Origin: Paramoeba atlantica
Taxonomy: Eukaryota; Protista; Discosea
DNA: 62,171 nucleotides
Direction of reading: 5' to 3'
NCBI GenBank assembly: GCA_977017575.1
Contig: CDRNVI010000198.1
Span: 1 to 62,171 of the forward strand
In this document: positions 37,401 to 51,302 of the stretch, one piece after another
Layout of the letters: each line of letters opens with the position of its first letter
Numbering within the stretch: the stretch's first letter is position 1
The notes under the pieces: model-generated
What the model saw: the letters and a program-made list of their open reading frames with translations, nothing else
Told to the model about the DNA's origin: nothing
Databases searched by the model: none
Translations under genes and position numbers: made by a program

Positions 37401-39523
37401 TTTTTTTTCTCATTTTCTTTTCTCATTTTCTCTCTTTTGTATGAATAGGTTTCTTTGGCTTTGATTTACAGTTCATGGTTTGATGACCCAGCTCAAGAAG
37501 CCAAAGTTTCTTTCCAATTTGAAGAGAGAAAAGCTGCTGAGGCAGTACGAAATAAGAATGATGCTATTGTTGGGCAGGTTCTTGTCTTTCTTTTGTCTTT
37601 CTCTTGTCTTTCTCTTTTGTCTTTTCTCTTTTCAAAAATTCGTTTTTTCTTACTTTCTCTTCTCTTTTTCTCAGCTGGTTGGGGACGGATCAAAAATTGC
37701 TTTTGATTATCCCAGTAGAGTGATATCTATGGAAGTTTGCCTTGCAATTAAAGAAGAACCAAGCGGAAAATATAATACTCAGGATTTTGGTTATACTACC
37801 GATTATGATTTTATTTATCCTATGGGATATTCTGAGGTAAGAAAAGAAAAGGGAAGAGAAAAGAGACAAGAGGGAAAAGAGAGAAAAGAGAGAAAAAAAA
37901 GAAAAGGTTTGGAAACAAAGTTGGATTTTAAATTATTCTTTTTCTTTCTCTTCTCTAGGTGGAAGTGAGGATGTTAGGATCAGATTTAGAATATTGGTGT
38001 AAAAATGTGACACGTGAAGATGTCCCGTCAAATGACGAAGCAGTGCGTCTTTTCCCCATTTATAGATATAATAACTGGAAGAATCGAGATGAGGAATATT
38101 ATAGTGATTCTACTGTTGCTCTTGTTTATACTTTGGCTGCTTGTTATTTGTTGGATATGGTTTTGTTAATTTTGTTTATTTTGGGTTTGTTTTTGATTTT
38201 TTGATTTTTGATTTTTGACTTTTCTTTTTTTTTTTTTTCCCTCTCTCTTTTCTCTTCTCTTTCTCTTTCTCTCTCTTTCTGACCAAGTTATTTCCAGTCC
38301 TGCTGTACGAACTTCGCAGAACAGGAAAACCAGTCCCAATTGTAGCACATATTGCCTTTCTCCTGATAATTCTTTGTATTTTCCGTGTTGCATTCTGTTT
38401 CTTGTGGCCTGTGGTACTTTTTCTCTTTTCTCTTTTCTCTTTTCTCTCACAAAAAAAAAATAACTCACAAAAATTAATAAATCATTTAAAATAGGGAGGA
38501 TTTGATGGAAATCAATTGGCAGAATATGTTGTCTTCGAAATCCCAACCTTCCTTTTATTCACGATTGTAATTATGTCAATCGGTTTTTGGAGAAAACTGT
38601 CTCGAAAAAGTACATTCAATTTTCGAGAAACGGACAAAACTCTTTGGATGGCAGTGGGGTTGACGATCTTTCTTGTTTGGTGTTTGTTTGCGATTGTGGC
38701 GATTGTTTATGCTGAAGTTGTGTTGGAAGATTCTGAAGTTGAGAAGAGTCAGTGTCCTGGGAGAGTGGCTGATTCGAATCAGGAATTGGAGGATAATACG
38801 AGAAAGCTTTCGATTATTTATCAATCGATTGTTATCTTTTTTACGTTTTTGTTTGGGGCTTTGTTTTGGTATTCAAGTTATAAGTTGTTTAAATTAACAT
38901 CGAAAGGTCTTTTGAATTTCTTTTTTTTTTTTTGTGATTTTTTAATTTAGTTTTTATTTTTATTTTGGTTTCATTTTTTCTCTTTTCTTAATTCGTTATT
39001 CACTTCCCTCTCCCCCTCTCTCCCCCTCTCTCCTCCTCTCTCCTCCCCCCAAAAAAACGATAGGTGTCAGTTCAGCAAAACAATTTGTCTTCCGTATTGG
39101 CGCCGTGATTGTGTTAGCCTTTATGCTTCGTTGTGTTTTGTTTATTATTTTGTTGGCTGCTGATTTCACTTCTGCGGCGTATCTTTTTGTTACTTTGATG
39201 GTTACAGAAGTGTTTATGATTTTCCTTGTTCAATTGGAGTTTAATAAGAGGTTTTTTTTTGTTTCTCTCTCTCTCTCTCTTTCGTCAAGTCAATGTCTTG
39301 ATTTCTTTCTTTTTGTTTCTGAAAATTCATTTTCTAATCAAACATCAATCTTAGATTTTTCTCTTCAATGATCACTGGAGGATCAGCTCTCTTACCAACT
39401 GGTATGAATTTGACAACTCGTAGTGGGAGTCGAATGAGCAGTGTGATGAGTAGTGGCACCCCAAGTCAAGAAGAGAGTGTGAGTGGAAGTGGAAGTCTTC
39501 TTGAAAAAGATCATGATACGTAA
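31462..39523 (+). CDS. Large Cys-rich extracellular-domain 7TM protein (THH1/TOM1-GPR137-like membrane domain), multi-exon
   Basis: Signal peptide MKTKFGLLGVLVFLGALLPGLIA and more than 1000 aa of Cys-rich exons. Seven hydrophobic segments follow from about 38100 to 39240 (e.g. YVVFEIPTFLLFTIVIMSIGFW, IIYQSIVIFFTFLFGALFW, IVLAFMLRCVLFII), then a Ser-rich tail ending in TAA at 39521-39523. Confidence 0.75.
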
Positions 39524-39949
39524 GATCTCAGAAACTCTTTTTGTTAGTTTTTTAAAACATTTTTTTTTGAATAAAATTTCTTTTGTTATATTAAATAAAA
39601 AGGAAGGAGTTTTTTTTTTTCTCTGATTTACCAACATAATTTGAATGCAAGTCAAATTTGAGAGGTACAATTGAGAGGGAAAGAAAGAAGGAAAATCTTG
39701 CTTCCGAAAAAGTCCTTGGATGGTTTCCGACTCTACAAAAGGAAGGGGTATTTTTAACTTTTAGTTTGAGTGTCAAAACACTATTTTAATAAAAATAAAA
39801 GTATCACATTAACTTTCGAAGGTAACTTACCGTTTTCATTTTTGTCCGTGGATAAAAAGATGTTTCATTTTTTTTCTTTTTTTTCTTTTTCTGTCAAAAA
39901 CAAAAAAGAATATTAATACGAGAAGAAGAAGAATTACAAATTTGTTATT

Positions 39950-40992
39950 ATGGCAACGACTATTGTAAGGGGCCCAGGAGGCAGTTCTTTTGATGTTTGC
40001 AAATTTTGCAGGAAAAATATTCATGCTCGTCTTTTGCTTTCTCATCGGTTTGTTTTTTTGTTTTTTCTTTTCATTCTTTTATCATTTTGTCGAGTTCTTT
40101 TTTGTAACCACTCTCTTTCTCCTTTTTTCTTTTTCTAGATGTTCAACAATGCCAGAGAGTTTCGAATATATCCCTGAAGTAAAATTTAATATCGATCTTG
40201 CTTCTCCGAAAAAAGTCCCCTCGAAAAAGAGAAAGGTTGAAGGAGAGGAAGAAAAACAACCTGTAAAAAAAAGAACAAAAGTTGATAAAGAAAAGAAGGA
40301 AAAGAAAGAGAAGAAAGAGAAGAAAGAAAAGAAAGAAAAAAAAGAGAAAAAGGAAAAGAAAGAGAATCATATCAAAAGACCGAAGTCTGGATACATGTAC
40401 TTTTGTGAGGTTTTGAACTTTTTTTAATTCTAATTCATTTCAAATCACATTTTTGGGTTTGTGAAAAAGAAAAACTCAACTAACTTTCTCTCCTCTTTTT
40501 CTTTTCTTTTCTCTTCTTCTTTTCTCTCAGGAACGTCGAGCTCAAGTCGTGGCAGAAAATCCCGAAGCCAAACCGAAAGACATAATGAAACTCTTGGGAG
40601 AACGATGGCAAGCCGCAGAAGAAATCGACAAACAACCTTTTCTCGAGAAAGCAAAGAAAGATAAAGAGAGATATCTTCTTGAGAAAGAAGGAGAGAAAGA
40701 AGGAGAGAAAGAAGGAGAGAAAGAAGGAGAGAAAGAAGGAGAGAAAGAAGGAGAGAAGAGCTCAGAGAAGGTTCTTGAGGAAGAAGATAGTAATATGATT
40801 GAAGAGGTTGATTCTGTGATGGAAGAGGAGAATGAAGAAAAGAAAGATGAAGGAGAAGAGGAAAAGAAAGAAGAAGAGAAAGAAGAAGAGAAAGGAGAAG
40901 AGAAAGAATCTCAAGAATCTCAAGAAGAAACTCAAGAAGAAACTCAAGAAGAAAAAGAAGAAACCCAAGAAGAAACTCAAGAAGAAGATTGA
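39950..40992 (+). CDS. HMG-box protein with N-terminal C2HC-like motif and acidic tail
   Basis: Spliced CKFCRKNIHARLLLSHR|C..KRPKSGYMYFCE|ERRAQVVAENPEAKPKDIMKLLGERWQ..KQPFLEKAKKDKERY, followed by (EKEG)n and an E-rich tail. Confidence 0.88.
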
Positions 40993-41590
40993 AAAAGAAA
41001 AAGTTAAATTTATTCCATTTCCTGTAAACAATAAAATTAATAATTATTTTTGATAACAACAAACTCCCAAGAAATTGGTAGCTTCTCTCTTTTTGTCATG
41101 TCTCCAAAAAAAAAAGTTCTTTTTTGAACAAACAAGAAAAGAGTTTCCCTTTTTCCCCTTTTCCCTTTCTCTCTTTTTCTTGTGGGCAAAGAAAAAGAAA
41201 AGAAAAAGTGTCGAAAAATAACAAACCAAAACAAACCAAATAAAGAAAAACCAAAAACTAAAACAAACCAAATAAAGAAAAACACAATTCGCCAACAAAG
41301 CGAAAAACGTAAAATCGCAAAAACCGTTGTGCCCTTTTCAGAATAGTCCCATCCAGGTTTTTGCAATGCTTTTTTGAGCTTGCGAACACCTTTTGATTTT
41401 TTTGGTTGTTTTTTTCTCCCTCTTCTTTTTTTGTTTTTTTGTTTTTTTTTGTTTTTTCTTCTTCTTTGTTCTCTTTTCTTTCTTTCTTTCTTTTGTTTCG
41501 GTCTCTTTGGTCTCTTTGGTCTCTTTGATCTCTTCTCTTGTTTTTATTTTCCCTCTCGTTGTTCGCTTCTTATCGTTTTCCTCCGTCAAA

Positions 41591-44500
41591 ATGAGACGTT
41601 TCAATTTTTGTTTGATTCTTTTCTTTATGGTGGTGTTACAACCAACAACAACTGTGGCAACAGATTGGTTTGTTTCTCCAACTGGCTCAGATAATAATAA
41701 TGGAGAGAGTCGAGATTCTCCTTTTCAAACGATTGAGAAAGCATTTGTTGAGTGTAAGACTGGCGATACAATTTTTGTTTTAGAAGGAATCTATCCTTCG
41801 AAAGGAAATATTGGTTTGAGGATTAAAGAAGGTCAATTGAAAGATGTTGATATTGAGAACGGTGATGCTCTTGGTTCTGCGGTTTTGGATTTGTCTGATA
41901 ATGCTCAACAGCTTCCTTTTCTTTCGACCGAAAAAGGTGCTCAAGGGAATATCAAAATTAAAGGACTGTTTTTCCAGAATGCTGAAGCTACTATTTTTCT
42001 TTTGGAAGGAGGAACCCAATTCAAACTCCTTCTTTCTCGTTTCTCTTTCTCAACTGGAGGAGTTGCGGAGATCTCTGCGGTTGAGGATGTGGATATTCAA
42101 GCTACACTCTTTGAACAAAATTCTGGAAAGAATGGAGGAGTGTTGTCTGTAACCGATTTCTCAAATCTTTCCATCTCTTCTTGTGTCTTCTCCAACAATT
42201 CAGCAGAAGAAAATGGAGGAGCTTTATTTACTCAAAATGGAGATACAGTAACGGTTCAACAGACAGCTTTCGACGGCAATACAGCGGAGAATCAAGGAGG
42301 AGCGATTTTAGTTTCTTCTTCTTCTTTTTCTTTTGAACAATGCACTCTTTCGAATAATCAAGCGATGCAAGGAGGGGCGATCTCGGTTGTACAAGGTGAT
42401 TTGATTCTCAAAAACAATACATTTACATCGAATGTTGCTGTTCTTGGTGGAGCTCTTTTTATGGATAAGGAAACAAATCCAAATGTAGGAGGGGTAAATG
42501 CTTTAGACTCCAACTATTTCTTTTCGAATGAAGCAATTGACGATGGTGATGATGATAATAATGGAGATGGAGGAGCTGTTTATTTGAGAAATCCAACTCA
42601 TTTTAATATTTTGGGTGTAACTTTTTGGAATAATCAGGCCTCTTTTAGGGGTGGTGCTTTGTTTGTTATTGGGCAAGGAATTATTTCTTCTTGTATTTTT
42701 GAGATTAATCTTGCCCAGAGAGGTGGTGGCTTGGCTGTTGTTAACAGTTTCATGGTTTGTTTTATTATTATTATTATTTTCTATTTTTTTTTAAATTTTG
42801 AATGGAAATAGTTTGCATCAATTGGAAATAAATATGTCAATAATAATGCCCCCTTGGGAGGAGGAGTTTATATTGTGAATCAAGTCGCCGCTCTTTTTTA
42901 CACTGTATGATTTTTTCTTTTTCTTTTTCTTTCCTCTTTTTCCTCTCTTTTTTTTTAAATTTTCTTCTTTTTTTTTAAAGGATACTTTTTATGGGAATAA
43001 TGCTCCACAATATGGTGGGGGAATTTTCTTTGATGATGTGAAATTGCCAACACAAGTTGGCTTATCTTCATTTATTGTAATTTTCTTTTTTCTTATCCCC
43101 TCTCTTTTCTCTTCTCTTCTTTTCTCTTCTTTTGTTTTCCAATATTCATTTTTCATTTTAAAGAACAACTACTCGCCAAACGGGAATCATGTAAGTGGAA
43201 GTGTCTTTGATATCGATAATGACCTGAAATTTGAAGTTGTTGAATTTACAAATTGTCAATTTGACCTAGGTATTCTTTTTTTTTCTTTCTCGTCTGAAAT
43301 GAAATTTGAAGGGACTGATTTTTTCCCTCTTTCTTTCTCTTTTCTCCTTTTCTTCAAAGGACTTGGACCATCCGATATTTTCGCTGAAAAATCTCGATTT
43401 GTGTTTTTAAAGAGTTGTGATTTGCCAAGGATTGAACTCCATGAAAATTCAAAAGCTTTCATTTGTAATTGTGAAGGCACTGCCCAAATTTATAGTCTTC
43501 AGACTTCAAATGGTAAGTGAAAGAGAAAGGAAGAAAAAGAGCTTGAGAAAAAAGAGGGAAAAAGGAGAAAAGGGAAGGAGAAAGAGAAAGAGAAAGAAAG
43601 GGAGAAAAATTGTATGTTACTTGAGTAACTGTTGAGAATAGGAGAGTTTTATGTTGATAGCGACTTTCAATTTTCGAATCTCTCGGGTGATTGGAGTGCA
43701 TCCCTGATCTCTCAAATCGACAAGTTAATATTTGTTTTAAAATTTGAAATTCGTTATTTGAAGAAGATAAAAAAGCATGAGAGAAAGAAAAAGAATACAC
43801 AAGAAAAGAGAAAGATCATTTTCCTTCAAAATTACTTCACAATAGATATTTCATTTTTCAAAAGAATATTTCACTAATATTTTGAAAAAATCAGTTCTTT
43901 TTGTGTGAAAGGAGACAACACAACTTCTCTTACTTTCCCCACTCAAATTACTATGGAAACAAACGGAAAAACTCTTTCAATCCAACCAAACAACGACGAC
44001 AACAACCTTGACCTAAATTGGGTTAATTGGACCAATTATTTGGGAAATCTTCAAATTGAAAATGAAGGAGTTTTGGTCGTTGGGAATGGGACATTTTTAA
44101 ATCATGGTAATTTAAGTATTCAGGAGGGTTCTGAGATTGTTGTTGGTGATAGGCTTCTTAATTTTTATGGTGGGGAAATTACCTTGGTTGGTTCTTCGAG
44201 TGTTGCGGGGGATTTAGTTTTGATGGAGGGGGGAAGAATGGTTTGTTTTCTTTTTTCTTTTTTCTTTTTTCTTTGTGTTTATTTCCCAATTTGACAATTC
44301 TCTCTTTCTTTCTTTCCACATAACAGAAACTCGAATACGAAACTCTCCCATCCTCACTCAACAATACAGCCACTCTACAAAACACCCTAAAAATCTTCTC
44401 AAACGTCACTCTCATCATCTCCATCACAGAGAGCAGCACTCTCCCAGTAGACGAAGTAATCGCTCTCTTAGCCTGGGAAGACGTCAAAGGATTTTTCATT

Positions 44501-44749
44501 ACTTTTGATATGAATACACCAATTCCCCCTTCTACTGTCCCTCTTCTTCTTTATAGCGAAGAAGGATTGTTTCTGGTTGTTGAGAAAGAATCGAAGCCAA
44601 AAAGCAAGAAGGTGGAGTGGGCTTTGCCCTTTTCTCTTCTTGTTGTTGGGATTCTTGGTGTTGGGGGATATTATTTATATAGCCAGAGGAAGAAGGGGAT
44701 TGAAAATGTGGTGGGCACTGGTGAAGGGGAAAAAGATTCATTATTGTAA
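41591..44749 (+). CDS. Type I membrane protein with Pmp-like (GGA(I/L/V)..FxxN) right-handed beta-helix repeats
   Basis: Signal peptide MRRFNFCLILFFMVVL, then WFVSPTGSDNNNGESRDSPFQTIEKA, repeated N.A...GGA motifs, and a C-terminal TM (LPFSLLVVGILGVGGYYLY) with a short tail. Confidence 0.8.
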
Positions 44750-44974
44750 ATAATAATGAATTTCAAAAAAAAAATGTAATGGACACAATTTTTTTTATTA
44801 TTATTAACTCGATTTCTAACAGAAATAAATACATTTCGAATTAAAAAAAAAAAAAAAAGTGAGCATAACAGACATCAAATTTCTAATTCATTCATTCATT
44901 CATTTCTTTTTCTTACTTCTTTTTCTTGAAAATTTTCCAGGGAAAACTCCAAGAAGAAATCTATTTTAAAATTT

Positions 44975-47099
44975 TAATACTGCTAAAAAAAAAAGAGAAG
45001 AGAAAAAAAGAGAAAAAGAAAAATGATAAAACCTCAGGTTGTGGTTCTGGTTCTGGTTCTCCTGTTAATGATTCTTCCATCTAAAGAAAGAGAAAAAGTG
45101 TTTCAAAAAAAAAGAGAGAAAAGAAAAAGACAATCACATTTTTCTTTTGGGAAAGGAAAAGAAAAAAAAGAAAGGAAAAAACAAAGAAACCTCAACAAAC
45201 TGGAGACGATCTAACATCCCCTCAAGTTCAGCAATATTTTCTACACCATGTGCCAATTTTTCAATGAAACCTGGAATGGAAGAGAGAAGAAAAGAGAAAA
45301 GAGGGAGAGAAGAGAGAAGGAGGAGACATGGGATGAGGACAGAGAGAGAGGAGAAGAAGAGAGAAAAGAAAAGAAAAGAAAAGAAAGAAAAGAAAAGAAT
45401 GAAAAGAAAAGAGAATAAACAAAAATCAAAAAACAAACTCATTGGTTCATCAACTCCAATTTGACTCAAAGACATACCATTGAGAGTCTCGTCGATTGAT
45501 GTTCTCAAACACACCTATTTTGCAATAAAAAAAAAGAAAAGAGAGGAGAATCAGAGAGAAAGAAGAAAAAGAAAAAAAAAAAAGAGAAAGAAGAGAAAGA
45601 AGAGAAAGAAGAGAAAGAAGAGAAAGAAGAGAAAGAAGAGAGAGCAAACATCCGATTCAATTGTACGATCAACTTCAAGTTCACGAGTTAACTGAATGGC
45701 TCTCCCAACTTTTTCAGCCCTCACTTTAAATACAGCAGCTAATTTTTTCCACTGATAGAAAAATTAGAAAGAGAGAAAGAGAGAGAAAGAGAGAGAAAAA
45801 GAAAAGAGTCAAGAAAAAGAACAAGAAAAGAAAACACAAACAGTTTGGTCAGGGCGACTGAGAAGAATAGCAGAATACAAATTCAAATATTTTTCGCAAT
45901 ATGGTGTGAACTGAACAAAAAGATTAAAAGAGAAAGAGAAGAAAGAGAAGAAAGAGAAGAAAGGGAAAAAGAGAACAAAAGAAAAGAAAAAGAAATAAAA
46001 ACCTCAATTGCTTTTAATGTGTGATATTCTGCTTTTTGGTATGCTCTATTTAATAAAAATTAAGAAGAGAATAAAGAAAGAGAGAGAGAGAGAAGAGAAA
46101 GAGAGAAAGAGAGACAAACCCACAACGATAATAAAAAAGACCAAAAAGATATCGAACACGACAATCTCGATCAGAGAGAGATTTTAATGTTTCCAATTGA
46201 CTTTTCATTTCTTTTACCTATTTTATTTATTTATTAAAAAGAGTTTCAGAAGAGAAAAGAAAGAGGAGAGAAAAAAGAGAAGAAAGAGAGAAGAGAGAAA
46301 AAACAGTTTTGCCAAGTTGGTGTGACGACACAAAAAGATAGAGAAAAAAAGAGAGAAAAAAACATCAGGATCTTCAAGAGAAAAAACAGCTTTTCCAAGT
46401 TGGTGTGACGACCTCCAATCACACAAAATGATAGAGAAAAAAGAAAAAAATAGAAAAAATAGAAAGAAAGAAAGAGAGAGAGGAGAGGAAAGAGAAAGAA
46501 AGAGAGAGAAAAATAACATCAGGATCTTCAAGAGAAAAAACAGCTTTTCCAAGTTGGTGTGACGACCTTCGATCGGTGCGTTTTAACAACATAAAACGAT
46601 AGTGACTCACCGCTAAATTGTACTGTGTTTCTAAATCTTGTGGGTGTGAACTTATGATTTCTTTATATAGTTTCTGTTTTTTTTTTGGGAGAGAGGAGAG
46701 AGAGAGGAGAGAGAGAGGAGAGAGAGGAGAGGGAGAGGAGAAAGAGAGGAGAGAGGAGAGAGTGGAGAGAAGAAAGAGAGGAGAGAGGAGAGAGAGAGGA
46801 GAGGGAGAGAAGAGAGAGAGGAGAGGGAGAGAAGAGAGAGAGGAGAGGAGAGGAGAAAGAGAGGAGAGAGGGGGGGGGAGGAGAGGAGAAGGAGAGAAAG
46901 AGGTGATTAGAAAGAAGGAGAAAAATAAGAATAAGAAAAGAAAGAGAGAAAAAGAAAAAAGAGAGAGAAGAAGAAGAAGAAGAAGAAGAAGAGAGAGATA
47001 GAGGAAAACCTTTGCAGCTTCATACAATTTTAAAGCAGTTTCTTCTCCTCCAACTCGCCTTTCCATAGATCTTGCTTGTGAGTGATAGAAATTGGCCTA

Positions 47100-47158
<59 letters not shown>

Positions 47159-47483
47159 AGAATCAAGAAAGAAAGAAAGAAACAAAGAAAGAGAAAAGAA
47201 AAAAAAAACTTGAGCATTTTTGGCAATTTTCATTCCTTTAATTTTAACACGAATTTTCATTAAATCCGCCAAATTAAATGGTTTTTTGGCTTCATCTGGA
47301 AACTTAAAACTCCCATCCATTCTTTCTAAATGTTGTAATAAAGATATCAAAAAAAAAGAGATTTGGAAAATATGATTTGGTTTTCAATGGAAAAGAGAAT
47401 TGATAAAAACAAAAACAAACTAATTTTTGAAAGTATTGGAGAACAAGATTGAAATGGAGAAATGGAAACAATAATAACAATAA

Positions 47484-47514
<31 letters not shown>

Positions 47515-47633
47515 AAAAACAAACTAGTATAAGAAAGCATAGGAGAACAAGATTGAAATTGAGAAATGGGAACAACAACAACAACAATAAATAAATAAAT
47601 AAATAAATAAAATAAATAAATAAATAAATAAAT

Positions 47634-47664
<31 letters not shown>

Positions 47665-50475
47665 CAAACTAGTATAAGAAAGCATAGGAGAACAAGATTG
47701 AAATTGAGAAATGGGAACTTCAGAGATGCGAAACTCCATCAACTGAACCAATCTCCGAAATAATAAATACATTGGTGTTGGCCTGTTTTTTTTTATTTTT
47801 ATTTTTTATTTTTTATTTTTTATTTTTTATTTTTTATTTTTTATTTTTTATTTTTTATTTTTTATTTTTATTTTTATTTTTATTTTTTATTTTTATTTTA
47901 TTTTATTTTATTTATTTTATTTATTTTATTTATTTTATTTATTTTATTTATTTTATTTATTTTATTTATTTTATTTATTTTATTTATTTTATTTATTTAT
48001 TGATTATTCTTATTGATTATTCTTATCCTTATTTATTATTCTTAGTTATATTATTTTTGTTGGTTGATTTAATTCTTATCTCTTTCTCTTACCCTCTCTC
48101 TTACAAAAAAAAACAATAAAAAAAAAGAAAAGAAAAGGAAAGAAAAAAACCGATTTTCAAGATCAGAAGATTCCAAAATTTCTTGAACTTGTTCGACTGT
48201 AAATTCTTTTCGTTGAATAATCACAGAATGACTCATTCTCTCGACCCCTACAAATTTTATTATTGTAAATATCTATATATAGAAATAAAGTTATCTATAT
48301 TTAGAGATAACTTTATCTATTTAGATTTTCATTTAAATCTTTTTCTAATAATGTATTTTTTATAGAAAAAGAATCCTAATTTCTCTTATTTTTTTTTCTC
48401 TTTTCTCTTTCACTTTTTCTTTCTCTCTCTCTTCTCTCTTCTCTCTCTCTTCTCTTTCTTCCTCAATCAAAAGTTTTTATTTTATACCATCTCTTGGTCG
48501 TGACGGACCACGATATCCCAAAATCCCACGAACTAAAAAGAGACACGTATCCACCTTAAAAGTGAAATGTTAAAAAGAGAAAAGGAGAAAAAGAAAAGAG
48601 AGAAAGAAACAAAAAAAAGAGAAGAAATAACAATAAATAATAAATAAATAAATAATAAATAAATAATCAAATAATAAATAAGGAAGAAGACTTTTTCTGA
48701 ATACTAAATCAAGAATAAATAAATAAATAATAATAAAAGAAAAAAAAGAATTGAAAGAGAGAGAGAAAAAGAACCAATTGATTACGAATAAATCCGAGAG
48801 TGTTTTGTAAAATAGAGCGAATTGAGTTCCAGTTGTCTTCTGTCTATTTTTGTTTTGTTTAGGAAAAGAATAAGAAGTTAGAAAGAAAAAAAGAAAAAGA
48901 AAAAGAATAAAAAGCGAGAAAAAAGAAAAAAGAAAAGAAAAAAAAGAATAAAAGAAAGAAAAGGAAAAAAGAAAAAGAAAAGGAAAAAAAAAAGAAAAAA
49001 AAAAGAACCTCTTTTCTCTTTTTAACATCATCATCATATCGAAAAAAGATATTTAACTCATTGACCTTTTAGAAAGAGTTCTGAAGTTAGACAACTTTGA
49101 CATAGAACTTCGAAAACACAAATTTAAATAACAAATAATAATAATAAATAATAAATAATAAATAATAAATAATAAATAATAAATAATAAATAATAAATAA
49201 TAATAAATAATAAATATTAATAATTATAAATAATAAATAATAATAATTATAAATAATAAATAATAATAAATAATAAATAATAATAAATAATAAATAATAA
49301 ATATTAATAAATAAGAATAAATAAGAATAAAATACCAAAAGAATACGATAAGGAGCTTCAACAGACATAGACAATTTTGACATCGAAGTTCGAAAACACA
49401 AATTTAAATGATTTTTGATCGCTCTCGCAACTGCTTCGATACAAAAACATATTGCAGTTGGTATGTAACCTAATTTAGAGAGAGAGAAGAGAGAAGAGAG
49501 ATATTATTTTGAGGTACCTGTTTCTGAACAAAGGAGAGAAGAAAAGAGAAAAAAGAAAAAAGAAAAAAGAAAAAAGAAAAAAGAAAAAAGAAAAAAGAAA
49601 AAAGAAAAAAGAAAAGAAAAAAAAAAAAGAAAAAAAAAAAAAAAAGAAAAAAAGAAAAAAAGAAAAAAGAAAATAAAAAATAAAAAATAAAAAATAAAAT
49701 TACAATAAGGATCACGCAAAAAATTCCTCTTGGCAGTCAAAATATAATCAACAATAAAACCAATATATCGAAGATTTACTCCTTTTCGATGAATTGCTGC
49801 TGTTATATCTAACCCCTTTTTTTTTTTTTTGTTGTTGTTGTTTTTTTTTTTGAAAAGAAAGGGGGATGAGTTTTTTTTTTGATGGGATGAGAAATAATCA
49901 GATTTATGTTGGAAAAACTTTAAAACAAAAACAAAAAACATAAATATAAATTTAAACTTAAAAATAAATAAAAAACCAAAAAAAAAACAAAAAAAACCAA
50001 AAAAAAAACAAAAAAAAAACCTTATAAGGAGAAGGGAACATATCCGCAACAAAACTCTCCAAAATAGAACCAGAAGATTGATTCAAAGAAGAAGAAGAGG
50101 TGCTTCTTCTTTCTCTCTCTTTCTCTTTTGAAACTGAGAGATGTAAACTGTTTGATAATTCTGGTCTTCCTTTTGTGTCCCTTGAATCGAGAAGTGAATC
50201 TAAAAGAGAGAGAAGAGAGAATGAAGAGAAGGAGAAACAAGAAAGAATAAAAAGAATTTAGCAAAAGAAAGAGAAAAAGAGAAAGAGAAAAAGAAGGAAG
50301 AAAAAAAAACCCAAATTCAATTTTAGAGAAAGAGAAAGAAAAGAGAGAGAAAGAGAGAGAGAGAGAGAGAAAGAAAAAGAGAAAGAAAAACCTCTAAAAT
50401 CAAGATCAGGAGTACTAGAGAGCAACTTAGAATTAGGCTCAAGACACATATATCTTTGTCTCGCATCCATAATTG

Positions 50476-50516
<41 letters not shown>

Positions 50517-50630
50517 AAAGAGAAAGAAAGGGGAAAATACCTCTAAAATCAAGATCAGGAGTACTAGAGAGCAACTTAGAATTAGGCTCAAGACACATAT
50601 ATCTTTGTCTCGCATCCATAATTGAAAGAA

Positions 50631-50665
<35 letters not shown>

Positions 50666-51261
50666 AGAAAAAGAAAGGGAAAAATACCTCTAAAATCAAG
50701 ATCAGGAGTACTAGAGAGCAACTTAGAATTAGGCTCAAGACACATATATCTTTGTCTCGCATCCATAAATGTGTGTGTTGTCACTCTCGCTACTTCTGGT
50801 ACGTATTCCTGATTTGGAAATGAATTTTTGAGAGAGAGAGGAGGAGAGAGGAGGAGAGAGAAAGAAAAGAGAAAGAAAAGAGAAAGAAAAGAGAAAGAAG
50901 AGAGAAGAGAGAAGAGAGAAGAGAAAGAAGAGAGAAAAGAGAGAGAGAGAGAAGAGAAAGAGAAGAGAGAGAGACAGAAGAGAGACAGAAGAGAGAGAAG
51001 AGAGAGAGAAGAGAGAGAAGAGAAAAAAAAAAAGAGAGAAACTTTAACAAGATAAGTAGCAGCATAACAAATATCGCGATACATTTCTTTACATTTTGGG
51101 TCAAATCCCCCCATTTTTGTCTCGTGAATTGAATCTGGAGTTAAAAATTTCTTGTGATCTCTGTTTTTATTATTTTTTTTTTTTTGTTTTTATTATTTTT
51201 TGTTTTGTTTATTTATTTGTGGTTGTTGTGGGAAAATATAAAATAGAGAGAGGTGAGATAA

Positions 51262-51302
<41 letters not shown>

